Positions 49,181 through 58,707 of a stretch of DNA of 64,000 nucleotides are shown piece by piece; position 1 is the stretch's first letter, and each line of letters begins with the position of its first letter. The notes below the pieces were generated by a model that saw only the letters and a list, made by a program, of their open reading frames with translations, did not search any database and was not told where the DNA came from. A program made the position numbers and the translations under genes. This stretch comes from Bacteriovoracia bacterium (lineage in GTDB: Bacteria > Bdellovibrionota > UBA1018 > JBFWNL01). Where the stretch lies: NCBI GenBank assembly GCA_050251055.1, contig JBFWNL010000005.1, forward strand, positions 32,001 through 96,000, written 5' to 3'.

Positions 49181-49196
49181 TGGCATTCGCTTTGCT
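49181..49196 (+). promoter_or_regulatory. sigma54 promoter
   Basis: TGGCAT-TCGCT-TTGCT, exact GG-N10-GC spacing. Confidence 0.7.
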
Positions 49197-49248
49197 TAGT
49201 TCGACCCCGGTTGAACAACTGGAAATGGAAATGGAAGGCAAGAGTTGT

Positions 49249-50085
49249 ATGAAGCGTAATTGGGATGCATGGGCAATATTGGCGGGCATGGCCGTCATTG
49301 CGGGGTTGTTGATTCATTCGCTGTCGACGACTTCCAACCGCACCGCGGCTTTGCCGCAGAAAGAGTTTTCCGGAAGTTCCGCCGCGGGCGCGGAAGGCAA
49401 CGCCGTGGATTCTGCGCCTAACTCTTTTCAAGTTTCCTTTCGAGACCAGTGTCGCACGAAGGAGTGCGAAGCCATCATGGCGCGCGAGTTTGAAAAGTTC
49501 CAGGCCGCCAAGCAGGTCGATTCGCCTCGGCAGCTGGGCCCGGTTACGGGTAGCGGCCGCCCGGTTTCCTTCCCGGTGGTCCCGGCGATTCGTGAGTCCC
49601 AGCCCGGAGCGGTGGCGATTGCGCCATCCGCCCCTCATCACCAGATTCCCTTGGTCTTGCCGGCAGGCACGGACGAAGTCGCCAAGACCGAAGCGCGGGG
49701 AATCCTATCCATGGCTAAGGACCTCTACGTCTGGACTAAGAAAAAGATGGCCGGCACCCTTAAGGAAAGTTTGAAGGACGACGTCGACGAGATGGAAAAG
49801 TACGTCAAGAAGGGCGATAAATCCGGCGTAAAAGTCGAAATCAAGGGCGATGACCTTGAGGCCTTCATCGCTCGGCAAAGAGGCGCTGGCGGCGAAGCCA
49901 TCGATTCTGGCGACGACGCTACGGGCCTGCCCACGGCACGTTTACCTCTAGTGAAGCCCACCCGGGCCCCGGTCCGCCCAGTGGCTGAAAATGCCTATCA
50001 TAACGATGACATGGATCTCGATATGGCGGAAGACTTCTTCAAGGTTTCGGACCAACCCAAGGAAGCGCAAGAAGGCGGGAGCTGA
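49249..50085 (+). CDS. membrane-anchored hypothetical protein
   Basis: N-terminal TM helix, downstream of sigma54 site. Confidence 0.65.
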   Translation: MKRNWDAWAILAGMAVIAGLLIHSLSTTSNRTAALPQKEFSGSSAAGAEGNAVDSAPNSFQVSFRDQCRTKECEAIMAREFEKFQAAKQVDSPRQLGPVTGSGRPVSFPVVPAIRESQPGAVAIAPSAPHHQIPLVLPAGTDEVAKTEARGILSMAKDLYVWTKKKMAGTLKESLKDDVDEMEKYVKKGDKSGVKVEIKGDDLEAFIARQRGAGGEAIDSGDDATGLPTARLPLVKPTRAPVRPVAENAYHNDDMDLDMAEDFFKVSDQPKEAQEGGS

Positions 50086-50113
50086 GTCGTTCTCCTCAAT
50101 TAGGTAGATTGAC

Positions 50114-51112
50114 CTAGGGGAACTCGAGTCCCCACCAGGTGGCGATGTTCGGGCAGAGGCCCGCGACGCTGCCGCAGAAGTTGCCGCCGCTGTGCCCGTT
50201 GCCGCCATTCGCTTTGATATACAGATTGTTGTTCGTGGAAGTCCCCCCCGCCGCCTTCGAAGGGATGGCCAGGTACGAGTACGCGCTCGCGTAGTTCTGC
50301 ATCGTACTGTGACAGCTTAAGCACCCCGCCAGTCGTCCGCGCACGTTGTTCGTAAAGTAGGTCTGACCGGCCGCCGTGGGCGTGTAGAGCGTGAAATTAA
50401 ACGGCGACGTGTTGATGGGAAAAAGCTGTCCCGAGGCCGTGTCGGCCGCATAGGCATATAGGGGGTGCTGGACGCCGTCGCGATAGGGCGCCGGGATTGT
50501 GAACTGGAACTCGTGGTTTCCCGGGATCGGGACGCCGAAGATACGGGGGAGGTTGGCGATCGCTTCTCCGGCCAGCGTGCCCACGCCGATAGGCCCGTTG
50601 ATATAGAATTTCACCGTCACGGCCTGGCTCGGGGTATCGGCGTCTGCGGCCCAGCCACTGAGCACGTTCCCCGAGATCGTCGGATCGAGCGCGCCGCTAG
50701 GCGCACCACCCGCCGAAGCGGGAGAGAATTCTAGATCCCACCATTGTTGAAAGAGCGAGCAAGGCGGGGAGTCCGCCGTGGGCGTGCACTGATTCCCGCC
50801 GCCGTGGGTGATCACGTTCCGGGTCTTCTCCACGAGCTCGTTTTGCGTGCGGGATGCTCCGTTGGCGAGCATGGCCCGCATCGGATCGTAATCGTAGATA
50901 TCGTCGGTGGCGATGCCGTTGGGGCTGTGGCAGGCGATGCAGCGGGTGCGGAGCGACGGAGCGACGGAATTCGCGAAAAAATCCGGGCCGGCCTGCGCCT
51001 GACGAAGACTATCTTGATTGTTGGCTTTCATGCAGCCGTTGGCGCCGACGAGCAAAGAGCTCACGGCGAAGAAGGTTCCCCATGACCGGATCTGCGTAAA
51101 CGTCGCCTTCAA
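50114..51112 (-). CDS. diheme c-type cytochrome lipoprotein with internal duplication
   Basis: Lipobox ANGC; CIACH and CLSCH each followed by H(G/S)GG..C and WWxLEF. Confidence 0.75.
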   Translation of the reverse strand: MKATFTQIRSWGTFFAVSSLLVGANGCMKANNQDSLRQAQAGPDFFANSVAPSLRTRCIACHSPNGIATDDIYDYDPMRAMLANGASRTQNELVEKTRNVITHGGGNQCTPTADSPPCSLFQQWWDLEFSPASAGGAPSGALDPTISGNVLSGWAADADTPSQAVTVKFYINGPIGVGTLAGEAIANLPRIFGVPIPGNHEFQFTIPAPYRDGVQHPLYAYAADTASGQLFPINTSPFNFTLYTPTAAGQTYFTNNVRGRLAGCLSCHSTMQNYASAYSYLAIPSKAAGGTSTNNNLYIKANGGNGHSGGNFCGSVAGLCPNIATWWGLEFP

Positions 51113-51236
51113 CTCTTCCCCCTAAAAGGCCCCAAAATTACCCTAAGACAATAGTTTACTATTTCAATCAACTTATGACAATGACTATGGGATGGGTGGG
51201 CGAGTGTTAAAAAAAACAATAAATATATATAGTTAT

Positions 51237-51659
51237 CTATTCGCCGCGGTAAATGGAGATGTTGTTCTCCGTTTCCCGTAGCCGGACCTCATGAAGCAGT
51301 CCGCGCGGGATCCGGTTCGATAAAATCTTCCAGAACACCACGACCAAGTTTTCGGCCGTGGGGTTGATTCCGCGCAGGAAATCGACGTCCTCGTTCAGAT
51401 GCTTGTGATCGACGTGACGAATGATTTCGTCGAGCATGATCTGCTTGAGCTCGACGAGGTTCATGATCATGCCCGTCTCGCGATCGACTTCGCCCGCGAT
51501 CACGACTTCAAGCTCGTAGTTATGGCCGTGGCCTTTGAGGTTGTTGCAGATGCCGTAGACGCGCACGTTCTCAGCGTCGGAAAAGGCGGGATTATGGAGT
51601 CGGTGGGCGGCGCTGAAGGTTTCGCGGCGGGTGATGTAGACTTTGGGCATTTTCGTCAC
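51237..51659 (-). CDS. 6-pyruvoyl-tetrahydropterin/6-carboxytetrahydropterin synthase family
   Basis: FSAAHRL, CNNLKGHGHNY, DHKHLN, PTAEN, LRET. Confidence 0.93.
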   Translation of the reverse strand: MTKMPKVYITRRETFSAAHRLHNPAFSDAENVRVYGICNNLKGHGHNYELEVVIAGEVDRETGMIMNLVELKQIMLDEIIRHVDHKHLNEDVDFLRGINPTAENLVVVFWKILSNRIPRGLLHEVRLRETENNISIYRGE

Positions 51660-52384
51660 TCCACGTTGCTATGGATTTCCACGACGGTGCCCGTCACCGT
51701 ACGTGCCCGGTTTTCATCGCAGAGAAATAAAATCGATTGGGCCACGTCCAGGGGCAGGGTGTGGGTTTTCAAGAATGGCGCCGCTTCCTTGAGCATGCGG
51801 GTTTCCACCGCGCCCGGCGCCACGCAGTTTACGCGGATGCCTTTTTCGCGGCCTTCCACGGCGAGCGATTCGGTCAGGCCCACCATGCCGAACTTGCTAA
51901 CCCCGTAAGCGGTGAGGCCCTTGAACTTGGTCGTGCCGCGCAGCCCGCCGAGCGAGCTCAAGTTCACGATCGCGCCCCCTTTTTTGAAGGTGCGAAATGC
52001 TTCGCGCGCGAATAGGAAGGGACCGCGCAAGTTGATCGCCATGACGTGATCCCACTGCGCGGCGGTGAATTCGGTGAACTCTCCCGTGGGCGCGATGGCC
52101 GCGTTGTTGACCAAGATGTCGGCGCCTCCCCAATGCGCTTCCGCAGTTTGAAATACTTTTTGCGCGAGCGATTCGCTACTAACATCGCCCGCGACGCAAA
52201 GGGCTCTTTCGCCACCATGGCGACGATTGATCGCGTCGGCGACCACGCGAAGTTCCGCTTCGGTTCGGCTTACGAGCAGGACCTTGGCGCCTTCATCGGC
52301 GAAGAGCTCCGCGCAGGCGGCGCCGATGCCGCGGCCCGCACCCGTGATGATGGCGTGTCTTCCCGCCAGGCTACCTGAATTCAT
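51656..52384 (-). CDS. short-chain dehydrogenase/reductase
   Basis: TGAGRGIG, NNAA, YGVSK, PGAVET. Confidence 0.93.
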   Translation of the reverse strand: MNSGSLAGRHAIITGAGRGIGAACAELFADEGAKVLLVSRTEAELRVVADAINRRHGGERALCVAGDVSSESLAQKVFQTAEAHWGGADILVNNAAIAPTGEFTEFTAAQWDHVMAINLRGPFLFAREAFRTFKKGGAIVNLSSLGGLRGTTKFKGLTAYGVSKFGMVGLTESLAVEGREKGIRVNCVAPGAVETRMLKEAAPFLKTHTLPLDVAQSILFLCDENRARTVTGTVVEIHSNVE

Positions 52385-52482
52385 ACGAGGCATTTTATAG
52401 CCGCGGAAAGCGGGGCGTCCAAGCGGTATTTCGAGTGAGGCGCGGGTGCGAATAACGCAGTAATTTCAAAAGCCTGTCGATT

Positions 52483-52884
52483 TTATTTAGGGCAGTGAGC
52501 CCGGATGGGGAAGGTCTTTTCGTAAGGCTTTTCGCATTTGCCGGTATCTGGGTTGTAGGCTTTGAACTTAAGTGAGATTTTTCCGCCCCCATCATCCACT
52601 GCCGCAGCGACGAATTCACAGGTGCCATGATCTGTCAGCAGCGGACGGAATTTTAGGTTTTTACCGCAAGACAACTGCACGGTCACCCGACTCGGCTCGG
52701 ACATTGGCTCGCCGTAACGATCCTGACGAACCTGCAGCTCGCCGAAGCCTTTGAAGCTCAATACCTTCAGAGATGAGGGAATCTCCTGGACGGTCGGCTC
52801 TGCGCTAAAAGACGCAAGCGGGAGCGCCCAGCTGAATGACGTCATCAGGAGAGCAAGCGGGATTAATCGGGGCATGAATGGCAT
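52483..52884 (-). CDS. exported hypothetical protein (4 Cys)
   Basis: Signal peptide; overlaps end of upstream ORF. Confidence 0.6.
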   Translation of the reverse strand: MPFMPRLIPLALLMTSFSWALPLASFSAEPTVQEIPSSLKVLSFKGFGELQVRQDRYGEPMSEPSRVTVQLSCGKNLKFRPLLTDHGTCEFVAAAVDDGGGKISLKFKAYNPDTGKCEKPYEKTFPIRAHCPK

Positions 52885-54022
52885 AGAGAACCTCGTGCCA
52901 GGTTTCTAACTGGCTGGAGTTGAATTGGTAGCCGTTGACCCGGTTCGGACAGAACGGCAACGAAAGATGCAAATGATGTTGGTGCGCGTGGTCTTCACAG
53001 CCGACAGTACCGGACTGCTCAGAGCAAGCGGGGTTGGCGAAGTGCGCTTGCACGGCGTCGGTCCAACAGCTGCGGAATCCCTGCCAGAAAGCGCGGTTTT
53101 TCTTTTGGACGGCGGTGAGTTGGCGCTCGAAGCCGCGCTTCACGAGCGCCTCCGCCTCGGCCGCGATTTCGTATTTCATCTCCATCACGCCGTTCCGGGG
53201 TTTGAGAGTGATGCTCAGCGATTTCACGTCGATCGCACGGTTCAAGGAGTGGTAGCTGCGCGGAAGATGGTTTTGATCCGCGGCGAGCCCGTTATGTACG
53301 AGCTTGATCGCGGAGACCTCGTTCGCGATCTGTAGTTTCGTCAATCCTTCACTCACGCAGCGGGAAAAGTTTTCGTCGATGAAATCCGCCAGGGCTTTGG
53401 ACATTTCACGGCGTTCGGAGCAGTCGTAGCCGGAGAAATTCCCATAGAGTCCCTTCCGGTTTTCGCACTCATTCCAAAACACCATTTGTTCTTCGACTTT
53501 GCTGGGGCCGTGGGACAGCACGTTCCCCGGCTTGAACGTGATATTGAGTGGCTTCGGCACGCTGGGAAAGACGTGGTGAGTGGTAGCGGCAGGCGGCGTG
53601 CTCGTTTGTTCGCATTCCGGTGGGGGGGGGGAGTTGACGGCCTCAAGTACCGTGTTTTGGCCGGCAATGAGTTGCACCGCGGCTGTTTCTTCCGTTTCGG
53701 CGGTGTAAAGATCGAAGTATTTCTTGGAAATGGCCAGCACGCGGTCTGTGCCCACGACTTGGGCGAATACAAATCCCCCGCGTTCAGTTTGGCCGTCCGT
53801 CAGGGCGATTCGCCGCAAGTAAATGTTAGACGAAGAGGTTGGCGCGATATTTTCATCAGGGCCGGTCCATTTGAAGCGTCCATCAGGAAGCATTTCGACG
53901 GGACGCCCCGCGATCTGGGCAGAGACGAGACGATTTGGCGGTGGGTCTTCGGCCCGTATGAGCGTAGTCCCGCAAAGGATCGCGATCACGCCGAGCCGAA
54001 TCAAGGTTGTAAAATTTGGCAT
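52805..54022 (-). CDS. exported protein with extensin-like C-terminal/LAS (M15-like) metallopeptidase motifs
   Basis: SYHSLNRAIDV (HxxxxxxD-like) and HQHHLHLS (HxH). Confidence 0.68.
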   Translation of the reverse strand: MPNFTTLIRLGVIAILCGTTLIRAEDPPPNRLVSAQIAGRPVEMLPDGRFKWTGPDENIAPTSSSNIYLRRIALTDGQTERGGFVFAQVVGTDRVLAISKKYFDLYTAETEETAAVQLIAGQNTVLEAVNSPPPPECEQTSTPPAATTHHVFPSVPKPLNITFKPGNVLSHGPSKVEEQMVFWNECENRKGLYGNFSGYDCSERREMSKALADFIDENFSRCVSEGLTKLQIANEVSAIKLVHNGLAADQNHLPRSYHSLNRAIDVKSLSITLKPRNGVMEMKYEIAAEAEALVKRGFERQLTAVQKKNRAFWQGFRSCWTDAVQAHFANPACSEQSGTVGCEDHAHQHHLHLSLPFCPNRVNGYQFNSSQLETWHEVLYAIHAPINPACSPDDVIQLGAPACVF

Positions 54023-54044
54023 CCGCCTCCCCAGCTTAAATATT

Positions 54045-54476
54045 TTACGGGGTTGGCGTCGGCTTGTCGAGCGGTGGCCGCTGTGACACAGCTCCGGCGA
54101 AGCCGGCTATAAAGAAGGGCAGGATCTGGGAAAAGTCCTTCTGGACGACGCTGATACAGAGCCCGATCAAGGTCACAAACTCGAACATCGCCAAGGGAAT
54201 GACTAACGCATCCGGCTGATGGCGGCCCGCCCGCTTAAAAACGCGACCCAGTCGAACCGCCGCGAGAAAGGTAGAGCCCCCGAGCACGTAACAGACGACG
54301 GTCAGCATGTCGTTAAAGTCGGGCCAGCTCAACCAAGCTTGTTCGGGCCGGTAGGCGAGCAGGAAAGAAATGCCCACGAAGACGAGTTGCGAACCCACGA
54401 GGGCCATCCATAGAAGGCGCGGGGACACGGGCAACGGTTGGTCGAGAGACCGTTTTTGGCTTGAGCTACGTGGCAT
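54045..54476 (-). CDS. small 4-TM membrane protein
   Basis: Hydrophobic segments; overlaps MFS stop. Confidence 0.65.
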   Translation of the reverse strand: MPRSSSQKRSLDQPLPVSPRLLWMALVGSQLVFVGISFLLAYRPEQAWLSWPDFNDMLTVVCYVLGGSTFLAAVRLGRVFKRAGRHQPDALVIPLAMFEFVTLIGLCISVVQKDFSQILPFFIAGFAGAVSQRPPLDKPTPTP

Positions 54477-55659
54477 GGGGAACCGCCTTTCGCAGGGATA
54501 GCGTGCTGATGGTCGCGCCGATGGCGGCGCAGAGCGCGGGCATCAGCGCCCAGGCTTCCAGCCACTGGTGATGAATCAGGTAACCACTGAATAGCGGCGC
54601 GATGACGAGTGAGATGGAGTTAAGCGATTGCGTCAGTCCCAGCACGGTGCCCTGCTCGGTCGGGCCGACGGCACGGGACACGAGACTCGTGATGGCCGGC
54701 CGGAGCACGCCGTGCCCAAGCGAGGAAAGGGTGGTGGCGACGATCAGGCCCGGGAGTTCCCGGCTTTGGGAAAGCAGAAAGTATCCGGCCGTGGCCGTTG
54801 TGAATCCAACGAGGGCGAGCTTGCGCTCGCCTAACCACTTCACCAGTCGCCCCAACAGTCCACCTTGGACGATTAGACCCAAGAATCCTGCATAGGCGAA
54901 TAAGTAACCGACTTGCTTAGGGCCCCAGGGCGTACCGTGATGAAGAAAGCGTCGCTCCGCAAAGAGGGCAAATCCGGAAATAAAGAGCGCAAAAGAAAGC
55001 GTGAAGCAAAAGAAAAGCAGGAGGTAGGAGGCGATTTGCGGATCACGGAAGTACTTGGTGTAGATGCGCCAGTCCAGCGTGCGCCGCGCGCCCTCCTTGG
55101 CGGGAGTTGGGGATGTTGCTAGCGCCTTTCCCGGTAATAGAAAGTAGGTGGCGACGATGCTGAGCGCCGAAAGCGTGGCGGCGGCGATGAATGGCATGTG
55201 AATGCCGAATCCGGAGAGCGCCGCCGATATGGCAGGCCCTACCAGAAATCCCAAGCCGAAGGCGATGCCGATCACACCAAATGCCTTGGCCCGATTCTCG
55301 GGCGCGGTTACGTCCGAGATATAGGCCTGGGCAATGGAGAGGTTTCCGGCGGTGATCCCATCCATCAGTCGGCCGCAGAAGACCCAAGCGAGCGACTGCG
55401 CGGTGGCTTGAATGAGGAAGCCGGCGAAGGTGCCTACCTGGCTGATCAGCAGCATTGGCTTTCGACCGAAGCGATCGGAAAGCTGGCCTAAGATCGGGCC
55501 CGAGATCAACTGGCAGAGCGCGAACGAGGCGCCCAGGTAGCCCACGACCGCAGGGCTAGCGCCGAAGTGCTCAGCGTAAAATGGCATCAGGGGGATGACG
55601 ATGGTCAGCGCCAATACGTCCACGGCGACGATCAGGAAAATCGGCAGTAGGGGACCCAT
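54466..55659 (-). CDS. MFS transporter, TetA/DHA1-like
   Basis: GQLSDRFGRKP motif A, AQAYISD, GLGFLVGP. Confidence 0.93.
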   Translation of the reverse strand: MGPLLPIFLIVAVDVLALTIVIPLMPFYAEHFGASPAVVGYLGASFALCQLISGPILGQLSDRFGRKPMLLISQVGTFAGFLIQATAQSLAWVFCGRLMDGITAGNLSIAQAYISDVTAPENRAKAFGVIGIAFGLGFLVGPAISAALSGFGIHMPFIAAATLSALSIVATYFLLPGKALATSPTPAKEGARRTLDWRIYTKYFRDPQIASYLLLFFCFTLSFALFISGFALFAERRFLHHGTPWGPKQVGYLFAYAGFLGLIVQGGLLGRLVKWLGERKLALVGFTTATAGYFLLSQSRELPGLIVATTLSSLGHGVLRPAITSLVSRAVGPTEQGTVLGLTQSLNSISLVIAPLFSGYLIHHQWLEAWALMPALCAAIGATISTLSLRKAVPHAT

Positions 55660-55707
55660 CCGCGGATTCTAATGCAAATGGCTAGGAAAATCAGTTATTT
55701 TAGAGGC

Positions 55708-57645
55708 ATGCGCACGTTGTTGCTCATCCCCCCCATGGTGCAGGTGAATACGCCTTATCCGGCCACCGCCTACTTAACGGGTTTTTTGAAGTCGCGCGGT
55801 CACGATGTGGTGCAGGCGGACCCTTCGGTTGAATTGATCTGCCGCCTCTTTTCGGCGAACGGGTTGCAGCGCGTTCGGGAGGCGCTCCCTTCGCGCGCGG
55901 CCAAGGGTTGGAAGCATTTTGATCGCGAATTCGCGCGTTATGAGGCGACGGTCGAGCCCGTCTTGGACTTCCTGCGCGGACGTAATCCATCGCTCGCCAA
56001 CCGAATTGTCACCCGCAACTTCCTGCCCGAAGGACCGCGGTTTCACGCGCTTTCTCCGACCGGTACGGAAGGCGAAGATAGCGAGACGCTAGGGTGGGCG
56101 TTCGGCGCCCTGGGGGTAACCGATCAGGCGAAGCATTTAGCCAGTCTTTACCTAGACGATCTAGCGGACGTAATCCGGCTCGGCATTGATCCTTATTTCG
56201 AGTTTTCCCGTTACGGGGAAAAGCTCGCCGCCTCCCAGGCTTCCTTCGATCCCCTGCGCGAGGCCTTGTTGGCGCCCGCGACCCTGGTGTCACTAGTCTT
56301 AGAGGAAATCACCGTGGAGCTTTTGCGTGAGCATCGCCCCAGCTTGGTGGGGCTCACGGTGCCGTTTCCTGGAAACGTCTACGGAGCGTTCCGTATGGCC
56401 GCGGCGATTCGTCGGGAGGCACCCACGGTAAAAATCGCCTTGGGTGGAGGTTACGTGAACACGGAGCTGCGTGAACTCTCCGATCCGCGGGTCTTCGATT
56501 GGGTGGACTTCATCACCTACGATGACGGGGAGCGGCCGCTCGAGTGTCTGATTGAGCATCTCGCAGGGAAACGTCCTCGCGAAGAGTTACTGCGTACGGC
56601 TTTCCGCGAGCTACCGCCCGACGGCAAGCGGGCCGCAGAATCCGACGGGGGAGTCATCCGCCTCGTTTCTTCGCCCCGGGAGCACGATGTGCCGCTCAAG
56701 CAAGCGGGGTTTCCAACCTATGCGGGGTTGCCGCTCGACCGTTACATACCGGTTTTTGAGATGCTCAACCCGATGAATCGCCTGTGGACGGACTTTCGTT
56801 GGAATAAGCTCACGCTCGCGCACGGATGTTACTGGAAAAAGTGCACGTTTTGCGACACTTCGCTCGATTACATCGGTCGCTATGATCCTCTGCAGGCGGA
56901 CGCGATTATCGATCGCATGGAGGCCTTGATCCGGGAAACCGGGCAAAGCGGTTTTCACTTCGTCGACGAGGCGGCTCCCCCCGCGATTCTGCGAGGGCTT
57001 TCCGAGCGTCTGCTCGCGCGCAAGGTGGTCGCGAGTTGGTGGGGCAATATCCGATTCGAGAAAACCTTCACGCCCGAGCTCGCCCGTCTGATGGCCGAGG
57101 CTGGTTGCATCGCCGTGACCGGTGGCTTAGAGGTCGCCTCGGATCGCGTGCTGAAGCTCATTAATAAAGGGGTGAGCATCGAGCAGGTCGTGCGGGTAAC
57201 CCGCGCATTTCGGGATGCCGGTATCTTCGTGCATGCATACTTGATGTATGGCTTCCCTACGCAGACGGTGCAAGAAACCGTCGATAGCCTCGAGGTCGTA
57301 CGCCAGCTTTTTTCTGAGGGTTGCTTACACTCTGGCTTCTGGCATCGCTTTTCGGCGACCGTGCACAGCCCCGTAGGCCGCGACCCCAAGGCGTTTGGGA
57401 TTCGTTTGCGCGAGGGCAAAACCCCGAAGCCAGGGCGTTTCGCGCGGAACGATTTACCCTTCGAGGATCCCACACTAGGTGCCGGTAAGTCCAAGCTGGA
57501 TCATGCCCAACTGGGCGAGGGCTTGCGCCGGGCTATTTATAATTACATGCATGGGGTAGGATTGGATCAGGACGTGCACCGGTGGTTTGACGTGAAGGTG
57601 CCGGCCACGAAAGTTTCTAAAACCCTGGTACAGAGGTGCCGGTGA
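55708..57645 (+). CDS. B12-binding domain radical SAM protein
   Basis: NTPYPATAYL, HGCYWKKCTFCD, FVDEA, GGLE. Confidence 0.92.
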   Translation: MRTLLLIPPMVQVNTPYPATAYLTGFLKSRGHDVVQADPSVELICRLFSANGLQRVREALPSRAAKGWKHFDREFARYEATVEPVLDFLRGRNPSLANRIVTRNFLPEGPRFHALSPTGTEGEDSETLGWAFGALGVTDQAKHLASLYLDDLADVIRLGIDPYFEFSRYGEKLAASQASFDPLREALLAPATLVSLVLEEITVELLREHRPSLVGLTVPFPGNVYGAFRMAAAIRREAPTVKIALGGGYVNTELRELSDPRVFDWVDFITYDDGERPLECLIEHLAGKRPREELLRTAFRELPPDGKRAAESDGGVIRLVSSPREHDVPLKQAGFPTYAGLPLDRYIPVFEMLNPMNRLWTDFRWNKLTLAHGCYWKKCTFCDTSLDYIGRYDPLQADAIIDRMEALIRETGQSGFHFVDEAAPPAILRGLSERLLARKVVASWWGNIRFEKTFTPELARLMAEAGCIAVTGGLEVASDRVLKLINKGVSIEQVVRVTRAFRDAGIFVHAYLMYGFPTQTVQETVDSLEVVRQLFSEGCLHSGFWHRFSATVHSPVGRDPKAFGIRLREGKTPKPGRFARNDLPFEDPTLGAGKSKLDHAQLGEGLRRAIYNYMHGVGLDQDVHRWFDVKVPATKVSKTLVQRCR

Positions 57646-57881
57646 GCGAAGATAAAAAGTTGATCGACCGTCTCTGGGTGCTGATCGTGGCCGTGGCCAC
57701 GGTGGGGCCGTTCGCCCTTCCGCTTTTGTGGCGCAATCCGCATTACAAGCTATCGACGAAGATCGGCGCTTCCGTATTGGTGGTCGCGTTGACCGTCTAC
57801 TTGCTTTATTTCTCGGCCGGGCTCATGCAACAGCTAGCCGAGCAGCTTCAGGCCCTGCAGCAGATGCAGAACCAGAATTAA
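57642..57881 (+). CDS. small 2-TM membrane protein
   Basis: GTGA overlap; VGPFALPLLW. Confidence 0.7.
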   Translation: MSEDKKLIDRLWVLIVAVATVGPFALPLLWRNPHYKLSTKIGASVLVVALTVYLLYFSAGLMQQLAEQLQALQQMQNQN

Positions 57882-58585
57882 AACCCGTAAGTATAGAAGT
57901 AGTAGGTATAGCGCTGGTACGTGAACGAGTAATACGGCGAGTGATTCAGGTAGGAGCCGCCTGAATAATACGACGGGTAGTAGTAGTAGTTCGGGTCGTA
58001 GTATTGGCCGTAGTTGCGCGGGTTAAAGAAATAGCCGGGATTTCCGTAGTAGCTGGGCGGTTGGCCCCACGAGTAAGGGTACTCTACTCCGTAGCGGACG
58101 TTGAAGCGGCCGCACCAGCCGTCTTGGCCATGGCCATAACCGCGTCCATAACCATAACCAGGTCCGTAACCATATCCAGGCCCGTAGCCGTATCCATACC
58201 CACGCCCATACCCGCGTCCGTAAGCGGGCATTTCTGGGCGAAAGAAGTACCAGGACCCATCCACCGGTCCGCCTTGATAGTGACCCTGCGGGGTGACGAC
58301 TTGGTTGGGAGCGACGTTGGTGTACTCGCGCGATTCGCCGGCGAAGGTCGCTTCGTTTTGCGGGCTCATTGCGATGTAGGTCGCGGATTGGTGATATTGA
58401 GTTTCACCGGTTTCGTTGTCCATGCGAACGACGATCACGCCCTGGTTATAGCCGCCACCGTAACCGGGTTGGCCGGGTTGCGCGGGGATGACCAACGGAG
58501 TGGCGGGGCGAGAGTCCGTCCCGCAGGCCGAGAGCAGTAAAGAAGTTCCGAGTACTAAAGCATGGGCGAAATTCATTTTTTTCAT
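57878..58585 (-). CDS. Tyr/Gly-rich lipoprotein (precursor-like)
   Basis: Lipobox LSAC, GYG repeats, Tyr-rich C-terminus. Confidence 0.8.
   Translation of the reverse strand: MKKMNFAHALVLGTSLLLSACGTDSRPATPLVIPAQPGQPGYGGGYNQGVIVVRMDNETGETQYHQSATYIAMSPQNEATFAGESREYTNVAPNQVVTPQGHYQGGPVDGSWYFFRPEMPAYGRGYGRGYGYGYGPGYGYGPGYGYGRGYGHGQDGWCGRFNVRYGVEYPYSWGQPPSYYGNPGYFFNPRNYGQYYDPNYYYYPSYYSGGSYLNHSPYYSFTYQRYTYYFYTYGF
58130..58225 (-). repeat. degenerate GYG(R/P/Y) coding repeats
   Basis: YGRGYGRGYGYGYGPGYGYGPGYGYGRGYGHG with synonymous codon divergence. Confidence 0.8.
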
Positions 58586-58707
58586 ACGGCCCTGCTTTTA
58601 TAACGCTAGGCATTAGATGACAAGAGAAAAACCGTCAACAATTTGCCGTGAATTCATTTAATTTCAATGAGTTATAAAATACTTTAAGTGGAGTCTTTAG
58701 CCCGGCC

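Noticed and set aside
54466-55659. Acquired tetracycline resistance gene
   Set aside because: Generic DHA1 MFS, no tetR or mobile element nearby
55708-57645. Radical SAM as maturase of the Tyr-rich precursors
   Set aside because: Opposite strand, cytoplasmic, no RRE/SPASM evident, while the precursors are Sec-exported; adjacency alone is insufficient
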